Position numbers and translations under genes: made by a program. From a virus, in IMG/VR virus record IMGVR_UViG_3300029319_000004, positions 1-64,000 of that record: 64,000 nucleotides of DNA; one strand, given 5' to 3'. Shown piece by piece: positions 8,025-15,419 of the stretch. The first letter of the stretch is position 1; the number at the start of each line of letters is the position of its first letter. The notes beneath the pieces were generated by a model. It had not been told where the DNA came from and searched no databases. It saw only the letters and a program-made list of their open reading frames with translations.

Positions 8025-9920
8025 ATGAGAAAGGCGATTATAGCTTGTTTGATGATGTTATCTGCGTGCAACTCGTGCTCAGAAGCGTTCATGAGCGAGC
8101 CGCCTGCCTACAATCCTGATGTTCCACAAGCTATAAATGATGTAGAAAGTCTAGAAGATGAAGACGCAAAAGAAGAAGTTGTTGACCCCTCTTCTGTATA
8201 TCCATTTCCAAACAATGAGTGCGTTCAGTGTCAGTGGTATTTTTGCCCACCACTAGATTCAGTTTGGCAAAAACAAATATGTATTGATCGATGTGAAGAC
8301 CCGCCAGTTATTTTATATGAGGGCACATGTGAACAATATTTACAGTGTGATCCACAGCAATATCTTTTAGAGCAGGTAGATTGTACAACAGAAGATGGAT
8401 ATCCTGGCACTCAAAACAAAGTTTGTAACAAGGGACAAATTCAGTATACTGACTGTGTAACTGACTGCGAAGAGGAGTCATGTAATTACATAGATGATGA
8501 TTGTGATGGTGAAATAGATGAGGGGCAACTGAATGAATGTAACGAGTGTGGAATCGTTCCGCCGGAACAGTGTAATGGTATTGATGATGACTGCAATGGT
8601 TTTACAGACGAAGACTTAATACAGCCTTGCTATACAGCTTGTGGAGCAGGATTTGAAACATGCTCGGATGGAAATTGGATATCTTGTACTGCTCCTCCAG
8701 AGTTAGAAGAGATATGTGATGGCCTGGATAATGATTGTGATGGTCAAATAGATGAGGATCTTGAGTGTGTATGCACAATACAGGACGTTGGTGTCTTGTT
8801 CCCTTGCGATGAAGATCCTCTTTTATGCGGCCAGGGATATAAAACTTGTCAGTGCATTGATGACACATGCACATCTTTTACTATGTCAGATTGCTTTGCT
8901 TTGTGTTATTGGCTGCCTGATAACAATCAGGTTTGTGATCCTCTTGTGGGAATGCCACTAGAACAAGAAAAATGTAATAACCATGACGATAACTGTAATC
9001 AAGAAATAGATGAAGATCTGTTTGCTTCGTGTTATACAGGACCTGAAGGCACATTGATGGTTGGGATATGTGAGCCTGGCTTGATGACATGTGATGCTGG
9101 CACCTGGGGTAGTTATGAAGAGGAGCAATTTATTCCATTTTACTGTGCTGGTGAAGTCGTACCACAAGAAGAAATTTGCAATGGCATCGATGATGACTGC
9201 GATGGTATTATTGACTGGGGCGAAGAAATGAAAGATACCGATGTTCTTTTTATCGTCGATTGGTCCGGATCCATGAATGATGAAATTGATGCAGTAATGA
9301 TCGCACTTAATCAATTTGCTCAAGATTTTAGTGACGAAGAAGTTATTAAGTGGGGTTTGATTCGTGGACCGGCAGCAATACCTCCTGATTACGATGACGA
9401 AAGATTAGAGTTTTATCAAGAACTAGTAGGGTTCAGCGACTTTCTTAGTTCAATGTCAAATTTAAATTCTGATTCTCCGTCAATGAATACATCTATGGAA
9501 ATGCTTTTAGATGCAATATATTTGTCTGTTAGTAACATTACATCTAATCTTTTTGCAGCCATAGCAGATTTTGAATGGCTAGGAATAGTTAGTCCAAATA
9601 TAAAAGTTGTAGATTCAGAGCCTTCATTAGATAATTTTACAGTGAATTGGAGGCCTGGAGCTGATAGGATAATAATTGTTTTTAGCGACGAACCTCCACA
9701 AAGCTATCTTGTTCCAGAACTGACTGTTGAAGATGTTAAAGGTGCTGTTTCTGGAACTCCTCAGTTAAAACTATTTACATTTTCTAAATCTAATCATAAA
9801 TCAAAGTGGGAAGAGATATCTATTGCTGGCAATGGCGAGTGGTACAAACTTACTAACAATCCTACTGAGATGTATGCTAGCTTAATAAGCATACTTGATG
9901 GCATATGTAAGGAAGAATAA
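8025..9920 (+). CDS. lipoprotein with five CxxxDDDCDGxxDE (MopE-type metal-binding) repeats and C-terminal vWA domain
   Basis: Lipobox LSA-C15; repeats such as EICDGLDNDCDGQIDE; MIDAS motif DVLFIVDWSGSM. Confidence 0.8.
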   Translation: MRKAIIACLMMLSACNSCSEAFMSEPPAYNPDVPQAINDVESLEDEDAKEEVVDPSSVYPFPNNECVQCQWYFCPPLDSVWQKQICIDRCEDPPVILYEGTCEQYLQCDPQQYLLEQVDCTTEDGYPGTQNKVCNKGQIQYTDCVTDCEEESCNYIDDDCDGEIDEGQLNECNECGIVPPEQCNGIDDDCNGFTDEDLIQPCYTACGAGFETCSDGNWISCTAPPELEEICDGLDNDCDGQIDEDLECVCTIQDVGVLFPCDEDPLLCGQGYKTCQCIDDTCTSFTMSDCFALCYWLPDNNQVCDPLVGMPLEQEKCNNHDDNCNQEIDEDLFASCYTGPEGTLMVGICEPGLMTCDAGTWGSYEEEQFIPFYCAGEVVPQEEICNGIDDDCDGIIDWGEEMKDTDVLFIVDWSGSMNDEIDAVMIALNQFAQDFSDEEVIKWGLIRGPAAIPPDYDDERLEFYQELVGFSDFLSSMSNLNSDSPSMNTSMEMLLDAIYLSVSNITSNLFAAIADFEWLGIVSPNIKVVDSEPSLDNFTVNWRPGADRIIIVFSDEPPQSYLVPELTVEDVKGAVSGTPQLKLFTFSKSNHKSKWEEISIAGNGEWYKLTNNPTEMYASLISILDGICKEE

Positions 9921-9921
9921 A

Positions 9922-10128
9922 ATGAAAAATAAAAAAGATCTTGAAGAAGAAAATAAAAAACTTATTGAAAAAAATAAAAAATTGCAAGATGAAGTAGATT
10001 CTTTGTGGGCAATGATGGATGAAATGACAAGATCAGACATAGAAAACTGGAAGCACTTATGGGATGATCTACAAAAAGACGTTGCCATCAGAGCTTTAAT
10101 GGTCAGCAAAAAAAAGGTTGATGCGTAA
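9922..10128 (+). CDS. small coiled-coil protein
   Basis: ATG 1 nt after the upstream stop; heptad pattern. Confidence 0.6.
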   Translation: MKNKKDLEEENKKLIEKNKKLQDEVDSLWAMMDEMTRSDIENWKHLWDDLQKDVAIRALMVSKKKVDA

Positions 10129-10137
10129 GGAACAATA

Positions 10138-10380
10138 ATGAAAAAAGTAATATTAATAGTTTTATTTATTTGTTTCTCAATGGCAATTAGTGTAAAAGCT
10201 AAACAGCCAAAATCTAAATTTTATGATTTTAACGAGCAACTTATTGACGGTGAGATTAAAAAACCAACAACACTCTATACAGACTCCAGAGAGCGTGTTA
10301 AATTTGATAGGCTGCTAAAGCTTAAAAAAAGCTTTTTACCAAAACTATTTAACACTGCTAAAGAAAAAGTTTTTAAGTAA
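10138..10380 (+). CDS. secreted CglF/GltF-like protein
   Basis: Signal peptide, then FYDFNEQLIDGEIKKP...RVKFDRLLKLKKSFLPKL, resembling the DF-x4-I(E/D)G-x4-P...LI-x-xR-x2-F-x-P core of myxobacterial CglF/GltF as recalled. Confidence 0.55.
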   Translation: MKKVILIVLFICFSMAISVKAKQPKSKFYDFNEQLIDGEIKKPTTLYTDSRERVKFDRLLKLKKSFLPKLFNTAKEKVFK

Positions 10381-10413
10381 ATAAAAACTATTTATTTGAC
10401 AAGGAGTTTTATT

Positions 10414-10896
10414 ATGAAGTTAATAATTGAGAACTGGCGTCGGTTTGTCAACGAGAACAAAGAAGAGGATGATAAACCATCTAGCAAAGACATTGAAAAT
10501 GCAATCAATGACAAGCTGGATGCTGAAGGTGGCGCTGCAGGTTTAGATCCTTTAGTTGCTGCGGCAAAAAAAATCGATCCAGAAGTTACAGAAGATGAAG
10601 TTAAGGAAATGCTGGATGCTATGTCCAACGTTGCCCAGCATAAAGAGGGCGACTACATTGACGAGGATGGATTGCAAGAGGCAGTTTCTATCTACCTAGA
10701 AGCAAAACAAGGCATACTTGAAGAGAAAGAAGGAAAAAAAGATGCTTGCTATCACAAGGTAAAAGCAAGATATACGAAAAAAAAAGACGGTAAAAAAGGC
10801 AAGTGGCCGTCAGCGTATGCATCTGGAGCTTTAGTTAAATGCAGAAAAGTTGGCGCAGCCAACTGGGGTGAAGGCGGAAAAAAGAAAAACAAATGA
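10414..10896 (+). CDS. leader-bearing protein with basic Cys-containing C-terminal module
   Basis: MKLIIENWRRFVNE; KKDACYHKVKARY...WPSAYASGALVKCRK. Confidence 0.65.
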   Translation: MKLIIENWRRFVNENKEEDDKPSSKDIENAINDKLDAEGGAAGLDPLVAAAKKIDPEVTEDEVKEMLDAMSNVAQHKEGDYIDEDGLQEAVSIYLEAKQGILEEKEGKKDACYHKVKARYTKKKDGKKGKWPSAYASGALVKCRKVGAANWGEGGKKKNK

Positions 10897-11642
10897 ATGA
10901 GGCAGATCCAAAAAAAGGAACTGGTAAGAAACCGAAAGGTTCTGGTCGACGTTTGTACACTGATGAGAATCCAAAAGATACAGTCAGCGTAAAATTTTCA
11001 ACCGTTCAAGATATAAAAGATACTCTGTCGAAACAGTCTTTTAAGTCTAAATCTCACAAGCGCCAATCACAAATAATAAATTTAATACACCAAAGAGTTA
11101 GGGTCGCTAAAGGAAGAACAAAAGACCCTGTTAAGAAAAAAAGACTTGCAGCTGCTTTTAAATATATTAGCAAAAGGAAAGAAGCAAGCAAGAGGAAAAC
11201 ACAAAGAATGAAAAACGAATCTTTATATTTAGAAAAAATTATATTAGAAGAACTAGAAAACATTCTTGATGAAAGATGTCAAAAGGGATATAAAACACAC
11301 CCCAAACGTAAGACTAAAAAAATGTTCGGGAGAACATACAGAAACTGCGTTAAAGCAGAGGGTGTCGAAGAAGATGATATTCTAGACGAAGAATTAGAAG
11401 AAGATCTTAATAAGTGGTTTAGACAAAACAAAGGAACAGGCTGGGTAGACTGCAATACTTGTCGAAAAGACAAGAAAACAGGTCGTAAAAAATGCAGCCC
11501 TTGTGGTCGTAAAAAACGCTCTGGTGGAAAAAGAAAAAGATATCCCGCGTGTCGTCCAACACCAGCTGCTTGTGGAAAAAGAGGTAAGTGGGGCAAAAAA
11601 TCTAAAGCTGAAAAAAGGCGAAAAAAGAAGAGGAAGCAGTAA
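10893..11642 (+). CDS. highly basic multi-module phage protein
   Basis: K/R-rich modules separated by acidic L-x-E linkers; WVDCNTC...CGR...YPACRP. Confidence 0.65.
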   Translation: MNEADPKKGTGKKPKGSGRRLYTDENPKDTVSVKFSTVQDIKDTLSKQSFKSKSHKRQSQIINLIHQRVRVAKGRTKDPVKKKRLAAAFKYISKRKEASKRKTQRMKNESLYLEKIILEELENILDERCQKGYKTHPKRKTKKMFGRTYRNCVKAEGVEEDDILDEELEEDLNKWFRQNKGTGWVDCNTCRKDKKTGRKKCSPCGRKKRSGGKRKRYPACRPTPAACGKRGKWGKKSKAEKRRKKKRKQ

Positions 11643-12643
11643 TGAAAATTACAAAATTTGAATTAGAAAAAATTATTAAAGAAGAAATTCAAGATTTGCA
11701 AGAAATTGATTTTTTAAAGAAAATTTTTGGAAAGTCTAAAGATACAAATGATACCGATGATGATTTTGGCGCCGAAGAAAAACAAACTAAAAAAATGTTA
11801 ACTCCGCCTCAAGCAGGACCGGTTAAGCTAAAGTACCCAATCGACTATTGTCGTAAATTAAGCAGAGATGCGCTAGAAGGCGATACCAAACATCCACAAT
11901 ATGCAAAATTTATGAAACGATGTCAAGAATTATCGCAAAATCGCGATCCAGATTTTATTGCGCGTCTTCAAGGTGAAGAAACCGCAGAATGGGCGCCTGG
12001 CTCATCAATGCCTTTTGGAGAGTTTCAGCGACAACATGGATCCTTGGAACAATTCAGTAGCAAACCGGTAAAAGCTGTAGAGCATGTGCTTGATATGGAA
12101 TTCGAAGGAGTAGCTGGCTATAAAGACAGTGCAGCACGATACGATGAATATATAAGTGGAGAATCTTCTTTTCGAAGAGATAAGGGCACAAGTATAAAGT
12201 CTAGTCGCTTCGCTGCTGATAATCTTTCTCTTCCTGGCGGAGGTTATAGTCAGCAGGCTCTCGATCAATATGGCGCCATGCAAGAAAAAATTACAAAATC
12301 ACAATTAAAACAAATTATTTTAGAAGAGTTAGACTCAACGCTAACTGAAATAAATGAAGAGCAAGCTTATTACGAGATGCTAGCTGAAGGTGAAACTATT
12401 GAAGAAGCTATGTATCGAGGCCGCAAAGTTAAACTAAACAAACCAATGCGTGGTGACGTTAAAAAATCTAAAGTTTATGTTAAAAACGCAAAAGGCAACG
12501 TTGTCAAGGTTAATTTTGGAGATAAAAAAATGAAGATTAAAAAGTCAAATCCAAAGCGACGCAAGTCATTCAGAGCTAGGCACAACTGCAAAAACCCCGG
12601 ACCTAAATGGAAAGCAAGATACTGGTCTTGCAAGGCATGGTAA
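11642..12643 (+). CDS. leader-bearing protein with basic C-terminal domain
   Basis: MKITKFELEKIIKEEI; internal KITKSQLKQIILEEL; C-terminal RRKSFRARHNC...ARYWSCKAW. Confidence 0.65.
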   Translation: MKITKFELEKIIKEEIQDLQEIDFLKKIFGKSKDTNDTDDDFGAEEKQTKKMLTPPQAGPVKLKYPIDYCRKLSRDALEGDTKHPQYAKFMKRCQELSQNRDPDFIARLQGEETAEWAPGSSMPFGEFQRQHGSLEQFSSKPVKAVEHVLDMEFEGVAGYKDSAARYDEYISGESSFRRDKGTSIKSSRFAADNLSLPGGGYSQQALDQYGAMQEKITKSQLKQIILEELDSTLTEINEEQAYYEMLAEGETIEEAMYRGRKVKLNKPMRGDVKKSKVYVKNAKGNVVKVNFGDKKMKIKKSNPKRRKSFRARHNCKNPGPKWKARYWSCKAW

Positions 12644-12647
12644 AATT

Positions 12648-12902
12648 ATGAAAGAACTATTTGAAAATTTTAGAAAATTTATAAATGAAAAAAAATCTGT
12701 CAAACACGATTGAAGTACTCATGGCCATCGTCGGTCCGACGAGACAAAAGAAATTGGAGAAGTTATCAATCATTCGCTAACTGAAAGTGGCAAGATTGAA
12801 TTTTACGAAGTAAAGTTTGGAGATGTTACTGAGGTTTTGGCAGCAGAAGATTTTGTTTCTACAAAAGAACAAACACATGAACATCTAGCAAGAGAGATAT
12901 AA
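12648..12902 (+). CDS. candidate selenoprotein (84 aa, in-frame UGA at codon 22) with packaging leader
   Basis: MKELFENFRKFINEKKSVKHD-(TGA 12711-12713)-STHGHRRSDETKEIGEVINHSLTESGKIEFYEVKFGDVTEVLAAEDFVSTKEQTHEHLAREI-TAA; the frame stays open to 1 nt before the next ATG; SECIS-like hairpin follows the UGA. Confidence 0.65.
12728..12742 (+). promoter_or_regulatory. bacterial SECIS-like hairpin
   Basis: Stem TCGTC(G)/(C)GACGA with a GGUC(C) apical sequence starting 20 nt after the UGA. Confidence 0.6.
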
Positions 12903-12903
12903 A

Positions 12904-13329
12904 ATGAAAAAACTATTTGAGAATTTTAGAAATTTTATTAATGAGGTTGAAAAATTAGTCTGCCCTCCTGCAACACAAGATGTAGGCATTAATACAAAAA
13001 ATAGAAACTCAACTAGGCAGAATCATATGTATGGGCCTCTTAACGTTAACGAGCCAGGTGATTATTGGCAAAAGCTCGCACAAAAGTGGGAGACAACAGA
13101 AGAAGCAGCTAGAAAGTCAACCTGTGGTGTTTGTGTTGCATTCGATATATCACCTAGAATGGATGAATGCATGCCTGGGCCTGTTTCAGATGAGTCTGGT
13201 CGCTTAGGTTATTGTTGGATGCATCATTTTAAGTGTCACTCTGCTAGGTCCTGTGATACTTGGGCTATGGGTGGTCCGATTAAAGACGACAAAAAATCTC
13301 AACAATGGCAAGAAAAATCATCTATTTAA
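12904..13329 (+). CDS. leader-bearing Cys/His-rich (probably Zn-binding) protein
   Basis: MKKLFENFRNFINE; CGVC...YCWMHHFKCHSARSC. Confidence 0.65.
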   Translation: MKKLFENFRNFINEVEKLVCPPATQDVGINTKNRNSTRQNHMYGPLNVNEPGDYWQKLAQKWETTEEAARKSTCGVCVAFDISPRMDECMPGPVSDESGRLGYCWMHHFKCHSARSCDTWAMGGPIKDDKKSQQWQEKSSI

Positions 13330-13340
13330 AAGGTAAACTT

Positions 13341-14048
13341 ATGCATTTAATATTTGAAAACTGGAGAAGATATCTTTTAACAGAGGATCGTCTTAAGCTT
13401 AAACCTGGCCCTAAAGGGTGGGATCTGTATGGCAAGTTAGTTGCAGACGCTTATATAGCTGCTCCAAAATATGACGAAAAAGCAGCTGAAAAGTTTAAAA
13501 AGTTAATTCCTTTTATCGATAACATGTACGAAAAAATACAAAGAGGAAAACAGGGAGTCAAAATAGAATTTGTAGAAGACGATCCTTATCCTGAAGGTGA
13601 TGAGCAGCTTCGTAGAGAAGTTGCCAGAACTGGAGTGTTAAAAGTTTTTAAAGGCGGCACACAACATCCTATTTTTAGCGTTAAGGATGATGACGATGAT
13701 CCTAATGAGCCAGACTCAAATGAAAAATTCAGAGCTATTCATGATGTAATGGCTCATATACAACATGCTGGGCATCAAGGAACTGGCTTTGATATGAAAG
13801 GCGAAATACAAGCTTATAATTCGCATTTACACACAATACCTCCTGATGCAGCTGGCGCGCTCTTTACCGAAGTTATTGGTCAGGCTGCAGTGTTTTTAAA
13901 TTATGGAGAATTTCCAGAACAAAAAATAGCTTTATTGCCTGGTTTTGATTATTTTAATCTTGGTGTAGTCGATGGTTACGATATTGTAAATAAACAATTA
14001 GTTAAAAAAGGCGAGGAGGCTGCAGATCAAGATGAAGGTTCTATTTGA
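13341..14048 (+). CDS. leader-bearing hypothetical protein
   Basis: MHLIFENWRRYLLTE; FRAIHDVMAH...GEIQAYNSH motif. Confidence 0.6.
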   Translation: MHLIFENWRRYLLTEDRLKLKPGPKGWDLYGKLVADAYIAAPKYDEKAAEKFKKLIPFIDNMYEKIQRGKQGVKIEFVEDDPYPEGDEQLRREVARTGVLKVFKGGTQHPIFSVKDDDDDPNEPDSNEKFRAIHDVMAHIQHAGHQGTGFDMKGEIQAYNSHLHTIPPDAAGALFTEVIGQAAVFLNYGEFPEQKIALLPGFDYFNLGVVDGYDIVNKQLVKKGEEAADQDEGSI

Positions 14049-14415
14049 AAACTGGCGAAAATATATAAATGAGGCATGTTGTCCTGATAAAATTCCCAAC
14101 TCAAACGTTGATTTGCGCCTTATGCCTTCAAAAATACATGGCAAGGGAATATTTGCAGGAGAAAAAATTCTAAAAGGGACGGACTTGGGTGTGTCACACA
14201 TTAGAAGAAAAGGAATATGGACGATACCAGATTTAGGTCGATGGCACAACCATTCTGATAATCCAAGCTGTCATAATACTCTAGATGGGTCGATGAAAGA
14301 TAAAACATACACTAGAAACCTTATAGCCTCTAGAGATATTGAACCTGGAGAGGAAATTACGGTAAACTATAGACTACAGCCAGACCTTGAACAACCAGGA
14401 GCATGGGCTATATGA
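14032..14415 (+). CDS. SET-domain protein-lysine methyltransferase with leader
   Basis: HGKGIFA, GRWHNHSDNPSC and ASRDIEPGEEITVNY are the SET signature motifs; MKVLFENWRKYINE leader. Confidence 0.85.
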   Translation: MKVLFENWRKYINEACCPDKIPNSNVDLRLMPSKIHGKGIFAGEKILKGTDLGVSHIRRKGIWTIPDLGRWHNHSDNPSCHNTLDGSMKDKTYTRNLIASRDIEPGEEITVNYRLQPDLEQPGAWAI

Positions 14416-15416
14416 AATTATTAATTGAAAACTGGAAGCGCTACTTAGAGGAGGAAGCTAGTCCTGCAGCACAAGGTCAAAAAAATATGACCTTAGTAGT
14501 GCCAAAATTTAGAATTTCTGAACAGTGGGGAACTCCGGGCTCTCAAGATAGAAAAATTATAGAGTTGTTTACTTCAAAAATAAAAGGCTCAACTTTAAAA
14601 GAGAAAATATCTTCTCTAAATGGTTTTGTATCAGAATGTGACGCCGCATGTGCTGCAACAAAAGAGGTATCAGAAATATTAGCAAATTTAGTTTTTTTAG
14701 ATTCTTTAGCATCCGTCATATACGATTTTAATCCAATGACAGGCGGCTTCCTATTCGAATCTTTAATAGCTGCGCTTCTTGGCGGAGAGGCTAAACAGGT
14801 TGAAACTGGCTCCGGAGCAGATCAGGATGTTACAGATGTTATTGACCATAATGGCCGTCCTTTAAGTTTAAAATTCTTTTTTGAAGGAGGATCACAATAT
14901 ATTCATGGGTCTTTTTGGAATTTAAAAAGAGATATAAAAAGACATAATCAACCCATGGTTTATTTAATTGGTTTAAAAAATAGAAATCACAAGGATAGAA
15001 AAGTTTTAGCTATTGATTTTTATGAATTTACAGTTGGCGATAATAAAGAAGGAATACGTGGAGATTATGATGTTGGTGACATAGGCTATGGAAATGGCTT
15101 GCCAATATCTTATATTATTGGTGCAAAGCCTAGGGGTCGTCCAAGACGAGGCGAGGAAGGAAAACCTAGACAAAGATTTAAAAAAACTAGTTATTATTTA
15201 GGCACTTTAGACTTTGGAGATAGAGATAAGATGATTGAAGTTGCGCAATCATACGCAAATAGATTAGGATCTTTAATGCTAGAAATTTATCAACAAATAG
15301 ACGAATTAAGCAAAAATGTCAATACATATTTCTTAGAATCTCCAGACGCAAAAGACGCTGCTATGGCAGCTCGTGCAAATGCTGAGACTCTTAAAAAAGA
15401 TGCAGAGGAACTGTAA
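14412..15416 (+). CDS. leader-bearing protein, possible PD-(D/E)XK fold
   Basis: MKLLIENWKRYLEE; GFLFE...DVTDVID...PLSLK. Confidence 0.45.
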   Translation: MKLLIENWKRYLEEEASPAAQGQKNMTLVVPKFRISEQWGTPGSQDRKIIELFTSKIKGSTLKEKISSLNGFVSECDAACAATKEVSEILANLVFLDSLASVIYDFNPMTGGFLFESLIAALLGGEAKQVETGSGADQDVTDVIDHNGRPLSLKFFFEGGSQYIHGSFWNLKRDIKRHNQPMVYLIGLKNRNHKDRKVLAIDFYEFTVGDNKEGIRGDYDVGDIGYGNGLPISYIIGAKPRGRPRRGEEGKPRQRFKKTSYYLGTLDFGDRDKMIEVAQSYANRLGSLMLEIYQQIDELSKNVNTYFLESPDAKDAAMAARANAETLKKDAEEL

Positions 15417-15419
15417 TTA

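Noticed and set aside
12711-12713. Genome-wide UGA reassignment (code 4/25)
   Set aside because: The long ORFs contain no internal TGA, Trp uses TGG, and TGA acts as a real stop in ATGA overlaps (10893-10896, 32384-32387). The read-through case is local.
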